NCBI GenBank assembly: GCA_942491135.1
Contig: CALNZS010000005.1
Location: 58,260-122,259 of the forward strand
Source of the DNA: an uncultured Gammaproteobacteria bacterium
GTDB lineage: Bacteria > Pseudomonadota > Gammaproteobacteria > Pseudomonadales > Azotimanducaceae
Direction of reading: 5' to 3'
Length of the DNA: 64,000 nt
Both the position numbers and the translations under genes were made by a program. The notes under the pieces were generated by a model. It had not been told where the DNA came from and searched no databases. It was given only the letters and a program-made list of their open reading frames with translations. Of this stretch, positions 28,049 through 37,966 are shown in pieces (position 1 is the first letter of the stretch; every line of letters begins with the position of its first letter).

Positions 28049-29440
28049 ATGCCCACCGAGATTTACCTGGTGAAGGTCGGCATGAACATGACCGAAGGCG
28101 TCATCGACGAGTGGTATGTCCCTGACGGCGGCACCGTGGAGAAAGGCGACATGCTCTATCGCCTGGAAACGGAAAAGGTGAACCTGGACGTGGATGCCGA
28201 GGTTTCCGGCACCGTCCGCCACCTGGTCGCCGAGGGCATCACCATGGAGCCGGGTGACATCGTGGGCTACGTTTACGCCGCCGGCGAGGACATCCCCGAC
28301 ACGTTGCCCGGCAGCAGCGCCCAGCCGCCGGCCAGCGCGCCGGAACCGAGCGCGAGCGGACCGGAATCCGGGGCCAGCGCCGCAGGCGCGGCCTCGAGCA
28401 CGCCGGCAACCCCGTCCACCGGCGCCGGCGGGCGCGTTCTCTCGTCCCCGGCCGCACGACGCCTCGCTGGTGAGCTCGACGTCGACTACACCCAGCTCAA
28501 TGGCTCCGGCCCGGGGGGTCGGATCGTCGAGGCCGACGTGCGCGCCGCGGCCGATGCGCCCCAGGCCGCGCGGACCGCCCGCTCCTCGCCCATCGCCCGC
28601 AAACTGGCCCGTGAGCTGGAAGTGGACATCGACTCGGTCGCCGGAACCGGCCCCGGCGGACGGATCACCAAAGAGGACGTGGAGCGGACCGCCCGGCAGA
28701 ACGCGCAGGCGGGCGCCACGGCACAACCGCGCCGCACGGCGGCCGCGGCGGCCGAGGACCGGGTCGTCCCGGTCAAAGGCATGCGCCGCACCATCGCGAC
28801 GCGCATGCACGAAAGCCTGATGTCCATGGCCCAACTCACCATGGACATGGACGTGGACATGGGCGAAGCGGTGGCGCTGCGCGCCAAGCTGGTGGACGCC
28901 TGGGCCGACGATGACGTGCGTCCGGGCTACACGGACCTGGTGATCCGCGCGGTGGCGCGCGCCCTCGAGGCTCATCCGCAGATGAACGCGACGTTCACCG
29001 ATACGGAAATCACCCTGCTCGGCTCGGTGCACGTCGGCATGGCGGTGGCCCTGGACGACGGCCTGATCGTCCCGGTGATCCGCGACGCCAACCGGCTGAG
29101 CCTGGCCGACCTGTGCCGGGAATCGGCCCGCCTGGCGGCCGCTGCCCGGGACGGCACCCTCGGCATCGACGACCTGCAGGACGGCACCTTCACGGTGTCT
29201 GCCCTGGGCATGTTCGGCGTCGATTCCTTCACACCCATCATCAACTCGCCCCAGGTGGGCATCCTGGGGGTGAACCGGCTGCGCGACGACACCGGCTGGG
29301 ACGGGGACACGCCGATCAAGCAGAAGCGCATGAAACTGTCCCTCACCTGGGATCACCGGGCTCTGGACGGCGCCCCCGCCGCCCGGTTCCTGGCAACCAT
29401 CAAGGAACTTCTCGAATCTCCCTACCGGCTGCTTTCCTGA
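28049..29440 (+). CDS. Dihydrolipoamide acyltransferase (E2 component)
   Basis: N-terminal lipoyl domain (LETEKVNLDV), Ala/Pro-rich linkers, two subunit-binding-domain-like segments (PAARRLA..., PIARKLA...), catalytic DHRALDGA. Confidence 0.9.
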   Translation: MPTEIYLVKVGMNMTEGVIDEWYVPDGGTVEKGDMLYRLETEKVNLDVDAEVSGTVRHLVAEGITMEPGDIVGYVYAAGEDIPDTLPGSSAQPPASAPEPSASGPESGASAAGAASSTPATPSTGAGGRVLSSPAARRLAGELDVDYTQLNGSGPGGRIVEADVRAAADAPQAARTARSSPIARKLARELEVDIDSVAGTGPGGRITKEDVERTARQNAQAGATAQPRRTAAAAAEDRVVPVKGMRRTIATRMHESLMSMAQLTMDMDVDMGEAVALRAKLVDAWADDDVRPGYTDLVIRAVARALEAHPQMNATFTDTEITLLGSVHVGMAVALDDGLIVPVIRDANRLSLADLCRESARLAAAARDGTLGIDDLQDGTFTVSALGMFGVDSFTPIINSPQVGILGVNRLRDDTGWDGDTPIKQKRMKLSLTWDHRALDGAPAARFLATIKELLESPYRLLS

Positions 29441-29472
29441 AGCCGCAGCGCTGACGGAAACCCTGCTCCGGT

Positions 29473-29500
29473 CCGGCCGGCGCGCTGGCGTGCCGGCCGG
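29473..29500 (+). terminator. Strong GC hairpin after the E2 gene (possible terminator)
   Basis: CCGGCCGGCGCG-ctgg-CGTGCCGGCCGG, a 12-bp stem with one G.U. No clean U-tract. Confidence 0.45.
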
Positions 29501-29547
29501 CTTCGCGCCCGGCTGCCCGCGCCTTTTCCATTCACCAGCGCTGGATT

Positions 29548-29568
29548 AAAACAATCACGCATGACGGA
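29548..29568 (-). promoter_or_regulatory. Copy of recurrent motif (candidate operator)
   Basis: Minus strand reads TCCGTCA TGCG TGATTGT TTT. About 60 nt upstream of the P450 start at 29630. Confidence 0.45.
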
Positions 29569-29629
29569 AACTCTTGGCAAGCTTCCGTGGTTGGAGTAAT
29601 GTCGATCGGGAACTGGGGAGAGGGCTTCG

Positions 29630-30970
29630 ATGACTGCAAAAAGCGGCGGCAGTTCGACGACGACCGGTCCGGGCGCGGACCAGAAGGTCCCCTATGAGCC
29701 GGTCCGGCCGGCCTGCCCCGCTGACATCAACTTCCTCGATGCGGACCTGCAGAACTGCCCCTATCCTGCCTACCAGGTGCTGCGCGACCAGGCGCCGGTA
29801 TGGCAGGACCCGCGCACCGGTTTCTACGTGATCAGTCAGTTCGACGATCTGCGTGACATCCTGCTCAACACCGAAGACTTCAACAACAGCGCCCGCGGCG
29901 GCCACGGCGGCGCCCGTGACTCACTCGACTCGGATCGCGCCGGGCGCATGCAGCAGCTCTATCGCGACAAGGGCTGGCTGCCGGCGCCAACCCTGGCCGG
30001 ACGCGACGACCCCAATCACAAACAGATGCGCGCGATGTTCAACGAGGCCTTCCGCCCGAAGAAGATCGAGGCCATGGATCCGTTCGTGGAAACCACCGCC
30101 TACCGGCTGATCGACGACTTCCTCGGGGACGGCCATTGCGACTGGGTGGCTCGCATGGCGGTGCCATTGCCGCTCATCGTCATCGGCCATCAGATGGGGG
30201 TTCCGGAGGCCGACATCTGGAAGATCAAGGCCTGGACCGACGCCTGGGTGCAGCGCCTCGGCATGATGCAGACCGAAGACGAAGAGCGCTGGTCCGTGGA
30301 AATGGAGATCGAGGCCCAGCACTACTTCCAACCGATCTTCGAACGGCTGCGGCGCGAACCGGACGACACGCTGCTTTCCGACCTGGTGAACCGGGTGATT
30401 CCGGAATGGGGCCGGCCCCTCAACGACAACGAACTGCACGCCGAGATGATGGCCGACACCTTCGTCGGCGGGTCCGAAACCACCACCAACGCCATCGCCT
30501 ACGGGGTCAAACTGCTGATCGAGAATCCCGATGCCTGGAACAAGTTGAAGGCCGAGCCGGACCGCTACCTGCGGACCTTCATCGAAGAGGTGGTGCGGCT
30601 GGAAAGCCCTGTGCAAGGCCTGTTCCGCTGGGCTGCCCGGGACTTCGAACTGCAGGGTGTGACCATTCCCAAAGGCGCGATGCTGAACGTTCGTTATGCC
30701 GCTGCCAATCGCGACGACGGCGAGTTTCAGGAAGCGGCAACGCTCGATCTGGAGCGGGAAAAACCGGGCCGGCACCTGGGCTTCGGTTCCGGCATCCATC
30801 ATTGCCTGGGCGCGCCGCTGGCGCGCCGGGAGATGTACTGGGCCTTCAAGGCCCTGATCGACCGGGTCGACAGCATGTGGTTCGCCCCGGGCCGGAACGA
30901 CTTCCGTGTGGTCCCCAACTTCGCGCTCCGGGCCCTCAAGGAACTGCACATCGAGTTCAAGCCAAGTTGA
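29630..30970 (+). CDS. Cytochrome P450
   Basis: ATG behind GGGGAGAGGG. FGSGIHHCLGAPLA haem loop, GGSETT I-helix, ExxR. Confidence 0.92.
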   Translation: MTAKSGGSSTTTGPGADQKVPYEPVRPACPADINFLDADLQNCPYPAYQVLRDQAPVWQDPRTGFYVISQFDDLRDILLNTEDFNNSARGGHGGARDSLDSDRAGRMQQLYRDKGWLPAPTLAGRDDPNHKQMRAMFNEAFRPKKIEAMDPFVETTAYRLIDDFLGDGHCDWVARMAVPLPLIVIGHQMGVPEADIWKIKAWTDAWVQRLGMMQTEDEERWSVEMEIEAQHYFQPIFERLRREPDDTLLSDLVNRVIPEWGRPLNDNELHAEMMADTFVGGSETTTNAIAYGVKLLIENPDAWNKLKAEPDRYLRTFIEEVVRLESPVQGLFRWAARDFELQGVTIPKGAMLNVRYAAANRDDGEFQEAATLDLEREKPGRHLGFGSGIHHCLGAPLARREMYWAFKALIDRVDSMWFAPGRNDFRVVPNFALRALKELHIEFKPS

Positions 30971-31004
30971 TGGGCGCCGCATCGCGCCTTTGAGGAGCAC
31001 CTGC

Positions 31005-31781
31005 ATGTCCCTTCTGGAGCGATTCAGACTCGACGGCCAGGTCGCCGTCGTCACCGGCGGCGGCCGTGGCATCGGCGAAGGCCTGGCGTTGGGCCTGGCC
31101 GAGGCTGGCGCCGACGTGGTGGTCGCCGCGCGCCGCACCGAAGAGGTGGAAGCCGTCGCGGAACGGGTCCGTTCGCTCGGCCGCCGCGCGCTGGCAGTCA
31201 CCTGCGACGTCATGCAGATCGACCAGGTCCAGGCCCTGGCGCGCACGACGGTCGAACAGATGGGGCGTCTGGACTGCTGGGTGAGCAATGCCGGCGGCGC
31301 CGACGACCGGGTGCCCCGGACCTTTCTGGACATGCCGGAAAGGCAGTGGGACTTCCAGCTCAATCTCAATCTGAAAGCGGTGTGGACCGGCGCCCAGGCC
31401 GCGGCGCGCCTGATGGCGGAACAGGGCGGCGGCACCATCATCAACATCTCGTCCGTGGCGGCCGGACGCGCTTCGCCCTACAACGGGCCTTACGCGGTGG
31501 CCAAGAGCGGGGTCGACAACCTGACCCAGACCCTGGCGGCGGAACTGGCTGCGTCGGGGATCCGGGTCAACGGGGTGGCACCCGGCCCCATCCCTACCGA
31601 GGTGTTCCTCGAGTTCCTGCAACTCGAGGAAAAGGATATTCCGGAGCTTGGCGAGCGCTTCCAGATACCCCTGGGTCGCGTCGGCACGCCCGAGGACATT
31701 GCGCCGGCCGTGGTTTACCTGGCCTCGGACGCTTCTTCGTGGATGACCGGACAAACCATCCGGATCTGCGGCGGCCCCTGA
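31005..31781 (+). CDS. SDR family oxidoreductase
   Basis: Internal ATG behind GAGGAG (MSLLERFRLDG). TGGGRGIGEG, YAVAKSG. Confidence 0.9.
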   Translation: MSLLERFRLDGQVAVVTGGGRGIGEGLALGLAEAGADVVVAARRTEEVEAVAERVRSLGRRALAVTCDVMQIDQVQALARTTVEQMGRLDCWVSNAGGADDRVPRTFLDMPERQWDFQLNLNLKAVWTGAQAAARLMAEQGGGTIINISSVAAGRASPYNGPYAVAKSGVDNLTQTLAAELAASGIRVNGVAPGPIPTEVFLEFLQLEEKDIPELGERFQIPLGRVGTPEDIAPAVVYLASDASSWMTGQTIRICGGP

Positions 31782-31800
31782 TTCCCAGCCGGAGAAGAAC

Positions 31801-32325
31801 ATGACTCTGACTCACTATCCCCTGTTCCAGCAGGCCTATCTGGTGAACGACGTGGAGCAGGCCTGTCACGACTGGAATCAGCTGTTCAACGCAGGCCCCT
31901 TCGTGGTCGTTCCGCACCATCAGACGGACCGGTTCACATACCGGGGTACCGACCAGGAAGCCGACGTGTCCTACGCATTCGGCTACCTGGGCGACATGAT
32001 GATCCAGTTCATCCAGCAGCACGACGAGACCCCGTCCATCTACCGCGACATGTACCAGGCCGGCGAAGAAGGCTTCCATCACGTCGGCGTGCTGGTCCAC
32101 GACTTCGAGGCCGAGTTCGAGCGCCTGGAGTCCATGGGCTTCGAGTGCGCGTGCCGGCTGTGGGCGGACAACGTCGATGCCGCCTACTTCGATACCCGCC
32201 GCGCCAACGGCTGCTTCACCGAAATTCACGGGGATCCGAATCACATTCTCGCGACCTTCGCGACCTGGAAACGGTCTCACGAGCTGTGGCAGGCAGGCGA
32301 TCCGGTCATCGTACCGAGAACCTGA
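31801..32325 (+). CDS. VOC (glyoxalase/bleomycin-resistance/dioxygenase) family protein
   Basis: 174 aa. Blocks AYLVNDVEQA and GFHHVGVLV. Paralog of 43123..43653. Confidence 0.75.
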   Translation: MTLTHYPLFQQAYLVNDVEQACHDWNQLFNAGPFVVVPHHQTDRFTYRGTDQEADVSYAFGYLGDMMIQFIQQHDETPSIYRDMYQAGEEGFHHVGVLVHDFEAEFERLESMGFECACRLWADNVDAAYFDTRRANGCFTEIHGDPNHILATFATWKRSHELWQAGDPVIVPRT

Positions 32326-32339
32326 CGCCACCACGACAC

Positions 32340-32357
32340 GGCGGCCTCACGGCCGCC
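32340..32357 (+). terminator. Hairpin after the VOC gene
   Basis: GGCGGCC-tcac-GGCCGCC, a perfect 7-bp stem, followed by cggTTgaTTcgaTT. Confidence 0.4.
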
Positions 32358-32384
32358 CGGTTGATTCGATTAGGGAGAGAATCG

Positions 32385-34940
32385 ATGCAGAGCTTCAGGA
32401 ATTCACCATTGTGCCGGGGCGTACGCCAGTCCGGACCACACTCCGCCGGCGCTGGCCGGCGACTGCTCGCCACTTCCGCGCTGCTGTGCTGCGCCCTGCC
32501 GGCGGCATCCGCGCTGGCGGCGGAAGACGTCAACGCCCGCATCATCGAAGAGATTCTGGTGACCGGCACCAAACGCGAGACCTCGGCCCAGGACGTGCCC
32601 ATTGCCGTCACGGCCATCTCCGACGAAATGCTGCAGCGTCAGTTCCGCAACGACATCCTGGCCCTCGGCGAACTGTCACCGGGTGTGGCGCTCGGCCAGC
32701 AGCCGGGCTTCCGGGCCATCGCCGGCGGGGTGCGCGGAACCGGCCAGAACTCCATTCTGGTGACCCAGGACTCCTCGGTGGTGGTGCTGGTGGACGATTT
32801 CGCTCTGTCCAGCGTTCAGTCCCAGTTCGTGGAAATGTTCGACGTCGACCGGATCGAGGTCTATCGCGGCCCCCAGGGCACGCTGTTCGGCAAGAGCGCC
32901 ACCGGCGGCGCCATTTCGATCATCACCAAGCGCCCGGACCTCACGGAGTACGGGGCCGACCTGTCCTATCAGTACGGACGCTTCGATGGTGACGACGGTT
33001 CGCCCGCTGACATCCAGAAGTTCAACGCCGCGGTCAACATTCCGCTGATTCCGGAAAAGCTGGGCCTGCGTGTGGTCGGTATCTGGGATCAGGACGACGG
33101 TTACTACACCAACGACAAAGCGACCGCCACATGGCCGGATTTCGCCCCGCTGTATGGCGGTCCCGCGCCGGTACCGGACGGGATCAGCACCCGGACCGTC
33201 GGTTCCGGAGAGAACCTGAACGACACCGACGTGTTCGCCGGTAAGGTCAAGCTGCTGTGGCAGCCCAACGACCGTTACGAAGCGTACTTCCTGTTCGACT
33301 ACCTGAACGACGATTCCGGCACCGTACCCGGGGTCAACGAGAGCGAATCGGACATGCTGCTGCCGCTGCTGGGCTTTCCATCCATCCAGGATGCCGGCAA
33401 CGACAACGAGTTCAGCACCGGGGTGACCAACCAATGTGTCGAAGGTAACCCCGACGGTCTGTGCCTGACTGCCGGCAGCCGGGTCAACGTCGAATCCTAC
33501 ATGCTGCACCAGGCCCTGGAACTCGAGGACTACAGTATCAAGCTGATCCTGGCGACCCGGGAAATGACCGAACGGCTGCCGGACACCTACACCGGCGAAG
33601 CTTTCACGTCGCTGTTCGACGCCGCGCGCAACACCACCCGGGATCAGGACCAGTACGAGTTGCGGGTCAATTCCAACTACGACGGACCGTTCAACTTCGT
33701 GGCCGGCGCCTCCTACGCCACCGACGACGTCAGCATGCTGGCCTATGCCACGGTCGGACTTTCAGCGCTGTTGCCGCCATTCGACACCGACTTCATCACC
33801 GACCCGGCCACCTCCGGCGCCGACCAGGACCGGGAAACCACGGCTTTCTACGCGGACGCCAGTTTCGACATCACCGAGCGCCTGACCCTGTCCGGCGGTA
33901 TCCGCTACACGGATGACGAAAAGACCTTTTTCCGCCGCGCCAACCCGGGCGGCCCGTGTACCGCGCTGACCCCGGCCAAGGATCAGGCCCTCATCGACGG
34001 TGAATGTCTGGATGCACGTTCCAACGCCATATCGCGGGTGGGTGACGACTTCAGCGCCAAGGATCTGCAGGCCTACGAGATCCCCCTGCCGGACAGCGCC
34101 TTCGGCATCGCCGACACCTTCAGCGACAGCTGGAACGAAACCACCTACCGGGTGGTGCTGGACTACGACGTAGCGGACGCCATGATGGTCTACGCCAGCT
34201 ACGCCACCGGATTCATTCCCGGCGGATTCACCGAGACCTGCTCGAGCCTCCAGACCTGCCAGCCCTTCCAGTCGGAGACCAACTGGAATTTCGAAGTCGG
34301 CATGAAGGGTCAGTTCATGGACAACACCCTGCAGACCAACCTCGCGGTGTTCTTCACCGAGTACAAGGATCTGATCCGCTCCCAGGTCGTACCCTTCACC
34401 AACGCCTTTGGCGTCACGACCCAGGAAACCATCAACATCAACGCCGGGGTGTCCGAAGCCTGGGGCGTCGAGGGCGAGGTGACCTGGCTGGCCACCACCA
34501 ATCTGCAACTCTCGCTGGTGTTCGGCTATCTCGACCACGAATACAAGGAATTCGAGCTCGATACCGACCTCGACGGTACCCTGGAAGACCTGTCCGGCCT
34601 CACGGTGCCGTTCTCTCCAGAGTGGAAGGTGGGCGCGTCGGCGACTTACGACCAGATCCTGCCCGCGGGCCGGCTCACCTACAACGTCAATGCCAACTAC
34701 CAGGACGAAGCCGAGATGTCGGTGTTCAACTCGCCTCTGACCCAGATGGAAGAGCGCACCCTGGTCGACGCCAACGTCACCTACTGGGCACCGGAGGACC
34801 GCTACTACGTCACCCTGTGGGGCAAGAACCTGACTGACGAGCGCAACCGTTTCGGGGCCAACTCGGTAGCCGGGTTGTGGAACTTCACCATGTACGGCCG
34901 GCCCCGGTCCTACGGGATCGAAGTCGGCGTGTCCCTGTAA
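32385..34940 (+). CDS. TonB-dependent receptor
   Basis: Internal ATG behind AGGGAGAGA. Signal peptide ending ASALA-AED. Plug block EEILVTGTKRE...DVPIAVTAIS and RIEVYRGPQGTLFGKSATGGAISIITKRP. Confidence 0.92.
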   Translation: MQSFRNSPLCRGVRQSGPHSAGAGRRLLATSALLCCALPAASALAAEDVNARIIEEILVTGTKRETSAQDVPIAVTAISDEMLQRQFRNDILALGELSPGVALGQQPGFRAIAGGVRGTGQNSILVTQDSSVVVLVDDFALSSVQSQFVEMFDVDRIEVYRGPQGTLFGKSATGGAISIITKRPDLTEYGADLSYQYGRFDGDDGSPADIQKFNAAVNIPLIPEKLGLRVVGIWDQDDGYYTNDKATATWPDFAPLYGGPAPVPDGISTRTVGSGENLNDTDVFAGKVKLLWQPNDRYEAYFLFDYLNDDSGTVPGVNESESDMLLPLLGFPSIQDAGNDNEFSTGVTNQCVEGNPDGLCLTAGSRVNVESYMLHQALELEDYSIKLILATREMTERLPDTYTGEAFTSLFDAARNTTRDQDQYELRVNSNYDGPFNFVAGASYATDDVSMLAYATVGLSALLPPFDTDFITDPATSGADQDRETTAFYADASFDITERLTLSGGIRYTDDEKTFFRRANPGGPCTALTPAKDQALIDGECLDARSNAISRVGDDFSAKDLQAYEIPLPDSAFGIADTFSDSWNETTYRVVLDYDVADAMMVYASYATGFIPGGFTETCSSLQTCQPFQSETNWNFEVGMKGQFMDNTLQTNLAVFFTEYKDLIRSQVVPFTNAFGVTTQETININAGVSEAWGVEGEVTWLATTNLQLSLVFGYLDHEYKEFELDTDLDGTLEDLSGLTVPFSPEWKVGASATYDQILPAGRLTYNVNANYQDEAEMSVFNSPLTQMEERTLVDANVTYWAPEDRYYVTLWGKNLTDERNRFGANSVAGLWNFTMYGRPRSYGIEVGVSL

Positions 34941-34979
34941 GCCCATGACGGATCGCCGGAGGCGGACATTCGACGGGCC

Positions 34980-36185
34980 TTGAGGACACCGTGGTACTAC
35001 GGCTGGAACATCCTTGCCGCCGGCATCGTGTTCCAGGCCGTGTCCTTCGGCATCGGCATCTACTGCTTCACCTTCTGGGTCGACCCATGGTCCCGGGAGT
35101 TCGCGGTCGGCCGCAGCCAGGTCATGACCGTGTTCGTGACCCTGCAGGTGGCCATGGGCGCCCTGGCGCCGTTTGCCGGACGGGCCATGGACCGTCTGTC
35201 GATCCGCGCCCTGGTGGTCGCCGGGGCCCTCTCCCTGGCGCTGGCCCTGGCCCTGGCGGCCCGGGTCAGCGCGTTGTGGCAGCTCAACGTCGTGTACGGC
35301 ACGCTCGTCGTCGGCGGCATGCTGCTGTGCGGCCCGCTGGCAGCCCAGACCCTGGCTGCCCGCTGGTTCGAGTCCCGCCGGGGCCTGGCGCTCGGCATCT
35401 CGACCGTCGGCACCTCCGTAGGTGGGTTTGTCATGCCGCCTCTGGTCACGACACTGCAGGCTCAGATCGGCTGGCGTGACGCCAACGACCTGCTGGCCAT
35501 CGGCGTCGTCCTCAGCGTGGTGCCGCTGGTCTGGCTGGTGGTACGCAACGCGCCGCCGGTCGCGGAACCGACGGCTGTGACGGCGCATGGCGGCCCTGAT
35601 CCGGCGGCACCCCTGACGGTACTGCGGGACCGCAGCTTCTGGCTTCTGGTTCTGGCCTTCACCCCCATGATCACCGCCGTTGGCGCAGCCCAGCAGAACC
35701 TCGCCCCGTTTGCCGACGACAACGGCACGTCGCCTCAGGTGACGGCCTATCTGGTCTCCCTGATGGCACTGACCATGATCGCCGCCAAGGTCGCGTTCGG
35801 CGCCCTGGTGGACCGCTGGGACCTGCGCTGGCTGTTCTTCTTCGTGCTGGCGGTGCTGGCGACGGCGCTGTCGCTGATGCTGGGCGCCGTGAACGGACCC
35901 ACCCTGATGCTGGCGTGCGCACTACTGGGAATCGCGGCGGGCGGGTTCCTGCCGCTGCTGGCGTCCGCGGTCAGCACCCGCTTCGGTGTTGCCGCGTTCG
36001 GCAGGGTCATGGGGATGGTCGGCCCATTCACCACCCTGGCGGCCCTGGGACCGTGGCTTGCGGGCTACCTGAGAGACGTCAGCGGCAACTACGATCTGGC
36101 CTGGATCGCCATGGGCCTGCTTCTGCTGCCATCCGCGGTATGCATGGCGCTGCTGCGGCCCAGACCGGCCGCCGCCGCCGTGTGA
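34980..36185 (+). CDS. MFS transporter
   Basis: 401 aa, 12-TM-like pattern, TTG start. Confidence 0.8.
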   Translation: MRTPWYYGWNILAAGIVFQAVSFGIGIYCFTFWVDPWSREFAVGRSQVMTVFVTLQVAMGALAPFAGRAMDRLSIRALVVAGALSLALALALAARVSALWQLNVVYGTLVVGGMLLCGPLAAQTLAARWFESRRGLALGISTVGTSVGGFVMPPLVTTLQAQIGWRDANDLLAIGVVLSVVPLVWLVVRNAPPVAEPTAVTAHGGPDPAAPLTVLRDRSFWLLVLAFTPMITAVGAAQQNLAPFADDNGTSPQVTAYLVSLMALTMIAAKVAFGALVDRWDLRWLFFFVLAVLATALSLMLGAVNGPTLMLACALLGIAAGGFLPLLASAVSTRFGVAAFGRVMGMVGPFTTLAALGPWLAGYLRDVSGNYDLAWIAMGLLLLPSAVCMALLRPRPAAAAV

Positions 36186-36197
36186 GTGATGCATGAC

Positions 36198-36256
36198 GCA
36201 GCGCCGCAGGAGCGGCAGCGCCGCAGGAGCGGCAGCGCCGCAGGAGCGGCGGCGCT
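36198..36256. repeat. Three perfect tandem copies of a 17-bp unit plus a terminal hairpin, between convergent genes
   Basis: GCAGCGCCGCAGGAGCG x3 (36198..36248), followed by GCGGCGCT. This pairs with AGCGCCGC of the last unit (8-bp stem, 7-nt loop). Confidence 0.85.
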
Positions 36257-36912
36257 CACCAGCCGAGAACCGTCTCCTCGGCCGCCAGGAACAGCACCAC
36301 CCCATCGGGATCGGCAAAGTTTCTGGCGTCCGTCGCCTGATCCTCGCGCATCTGGCGCGAGGCCATGGCGGCACGGGCCGCGGCGGCGTCCGGCCAGTAG
36401 ATCTCCGTCAGACCGTGGTAGACGGGCACGGTCTGGTACCAGACCGCGGGCGGATGGCTCTGCACATAGCACGTCGCCCCCTCGGTGCGGGCCGCGATGG
36501 GCCCATGGGTGTGCAGCCAGTGACGCTGAAACGCCTCGGGCGCGATGTCCGGCCGGCAGCGGAACGGAAAAACCCCTTTGATGAACGTGCCATCGTAGTG
36601 TTCCGGACGCCGCATGATGACGTGATCGCGGCCCACGATGGCGGCCGCAACCGTCGTCTGCGCGCCCCACAGCGCCGCCAGCGCCGACGGATCGCGAGCC
36701 AGCGCCAGCGCGCGTTCGGCATCCTCGAAGGAGATTTCCGCCACCCCGGCATGAGTCGGTGCCGCGCCCGCCTCGATCTGCTCGTCCAGCGCGCGGCTCT
36801 GGCTGTAAAGCAGCGCGCCTTCGAGCGCGGATTCCAGGGCCTCGCGCGCCTGGCCACCGGAGAAGCGGAACGGATCGGCCAGGGCGTTGAGGAACAGGCA
36901 GGTGCGGAACAT
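36256..36912 (-). CDS. EthD domain-containing protein (apparently two EthD-like halves)
   Basis: 218 aa. The second half carries the EthD-type block PEAFQRHWLHTHGPIAARTEGATCYVQSH. Confidence 0.55.
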   Translation of the reverse strand: MFRTCLFLNALADPFRFSGGQAREALESALEGALLYSQSRALDEQIEAGAAPTHAGVAEISFEDAERALALARDPSALAALWGAQTTVAAAIVGRDHVIMRRPEHYDGTFIKGVFPFRCRPDIAPEAFQRHWLHTHGPIAARTEGATCYVQSHPPAVWYQTVPVYHGLTEIYWPDAAAARAAMASRQMREDQATDARNFADPDGVVLFLAAEETVLGW

Positions 36913-36992
36913 GGGCTTGCCTCGAGAATCGCAGGAGTCAGAATCATGACACGGGGAAACCCGCCACGCAGTAACCGGAAGGGAAATCGAAC

Positions 36993-37874
36993 ATGTTGAG
37001 ATTGGACGGCAGACGTATCGTGATCACGGGTTCGTCCCGCGGCCTCGGGCGCGCCTTTGCAGAAGCCTCGGCCGCCCGTGGCGCCAGCGTCGTCATCAAC
37101 GGCACCAACACCGGTGCCCTGGGCGAGGTCGAGGCCAGCATCCGCGGCGACGGCGGATCGGTGGTGGCGGTCGCCGGGTCGGTGGCGGACGATGCCGTGT
37201 GCCGGAACCTGGTGGACACCTGCGTCGCCGAGTTCGGCGGCATCGATGTCATGATCAACAACGCCGGCATCGTGCGCGACCGCACCCTGATGAAGATGAC
37301 CGTCGACGACTTCGACGCGGTACTGGCCGTTAACCTGCGCGGCGCTTTTTCGTGCACCCGCTACGCCGCCCTGGCCATGCGCGAATCCGGTGGGCAGATC
37401 GTCCAGGTCATCTCCGCATCCGGTCTGTCGGGCGGATTCGGCCAGGGCAACTACGCCGCGGCCAAGGCCGGCATGATGGGACTGCTGCGTACCGCGGTGC
37501 TGGAGTTCAGCCGCCACCAGATCCGCTGCAACGCCTTCTGGCCCATCGCCGAAACCGACATGACCCAGGTGGTGTTCGAGCGCGCGCGGCAGAGCGCCGG
37601 CGGCGATGGGGCGGCGCCGGAACCGCGGGACATGGGGTTCGGCAAGCCCCGGGAGGTCGCCGAAGGCATGGTGTGGTTGTGCAGCGACGCGGCGGCCGGC
37701 CTGAACGGGCAGTGCGTAACCTTCAACGGGCGCAAGACCGCGCTGTGGACCCACCCCAGCGAGATGCACGTCAGCTTTCGGGACCAGCCATTCAGCGCCG
37801 AGGACCTGGAAGCCCACTACCGCGGGATCGAGCCGCTGCCGATCCATCGACCCAGAATGGTCGACGCCGGCTGA
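36993..37874 (+). CDS. SDR family oxidoreductase with C-terminal extension (MFE-2/Hsd4A-type hydroxyacyl-CoA dehydrogenase-like)
   Basis: TGSSRGLGRA, NNAG, YAAAKAGMMG. About 40 extra C-terminal residues. Confidence 0.8.
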   Translation: MLRLDGRRIVITGSSRGLGRAFAEASAARGASVVINGTNTGALGEVEASIRGDGGSVVAVAGSVADDAVCRNLVDTCVAEFGGIDVMINNAGIVRDRTLMKMTVDDFDAVLAVNLRGAFSCTRYAALAMRESGGQIVQVISASGLSGGFGQGNYAAAKAGMMGLLRTAVLEFSRHQIRCNAFWPIAETDMTQVVFERARQSAGGDGAAPEPRDMGFGKPREVAEGMVWLCSDAAAGLNGQCVTFNGRKTALWTHPSEMHVSFRDQPFSAEDLEAHYRGIEPLPIHRPRMVDAG

Positions 37875-37966
37875 GAATCCTGCACGCCCGCTGGTTTTTC
37901 TCGCGCCCCGCGTCCACTTCTGCGACGATGCGGCAAACCCCGTCGAGCTACCCAAGGAGGTTGTGC

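Noticed and set aside
29561-29599. 12-codon mini-ORF (MTETLGKLPWLE) in the P450 leader, considered as a leader peptide
   Set aside because: No RBS and no attenuator-like alternative structures seen. The ATG is simply part of the motif half-site TGACGGA.
36198-36248. Tandem repeat as a CRISPR array or coding repeat
   Set aside because: Only three directly abutting 17-bp units, with no spacers and no cas genes. The repeat is intergenic and its unit is not a multiple of 3.
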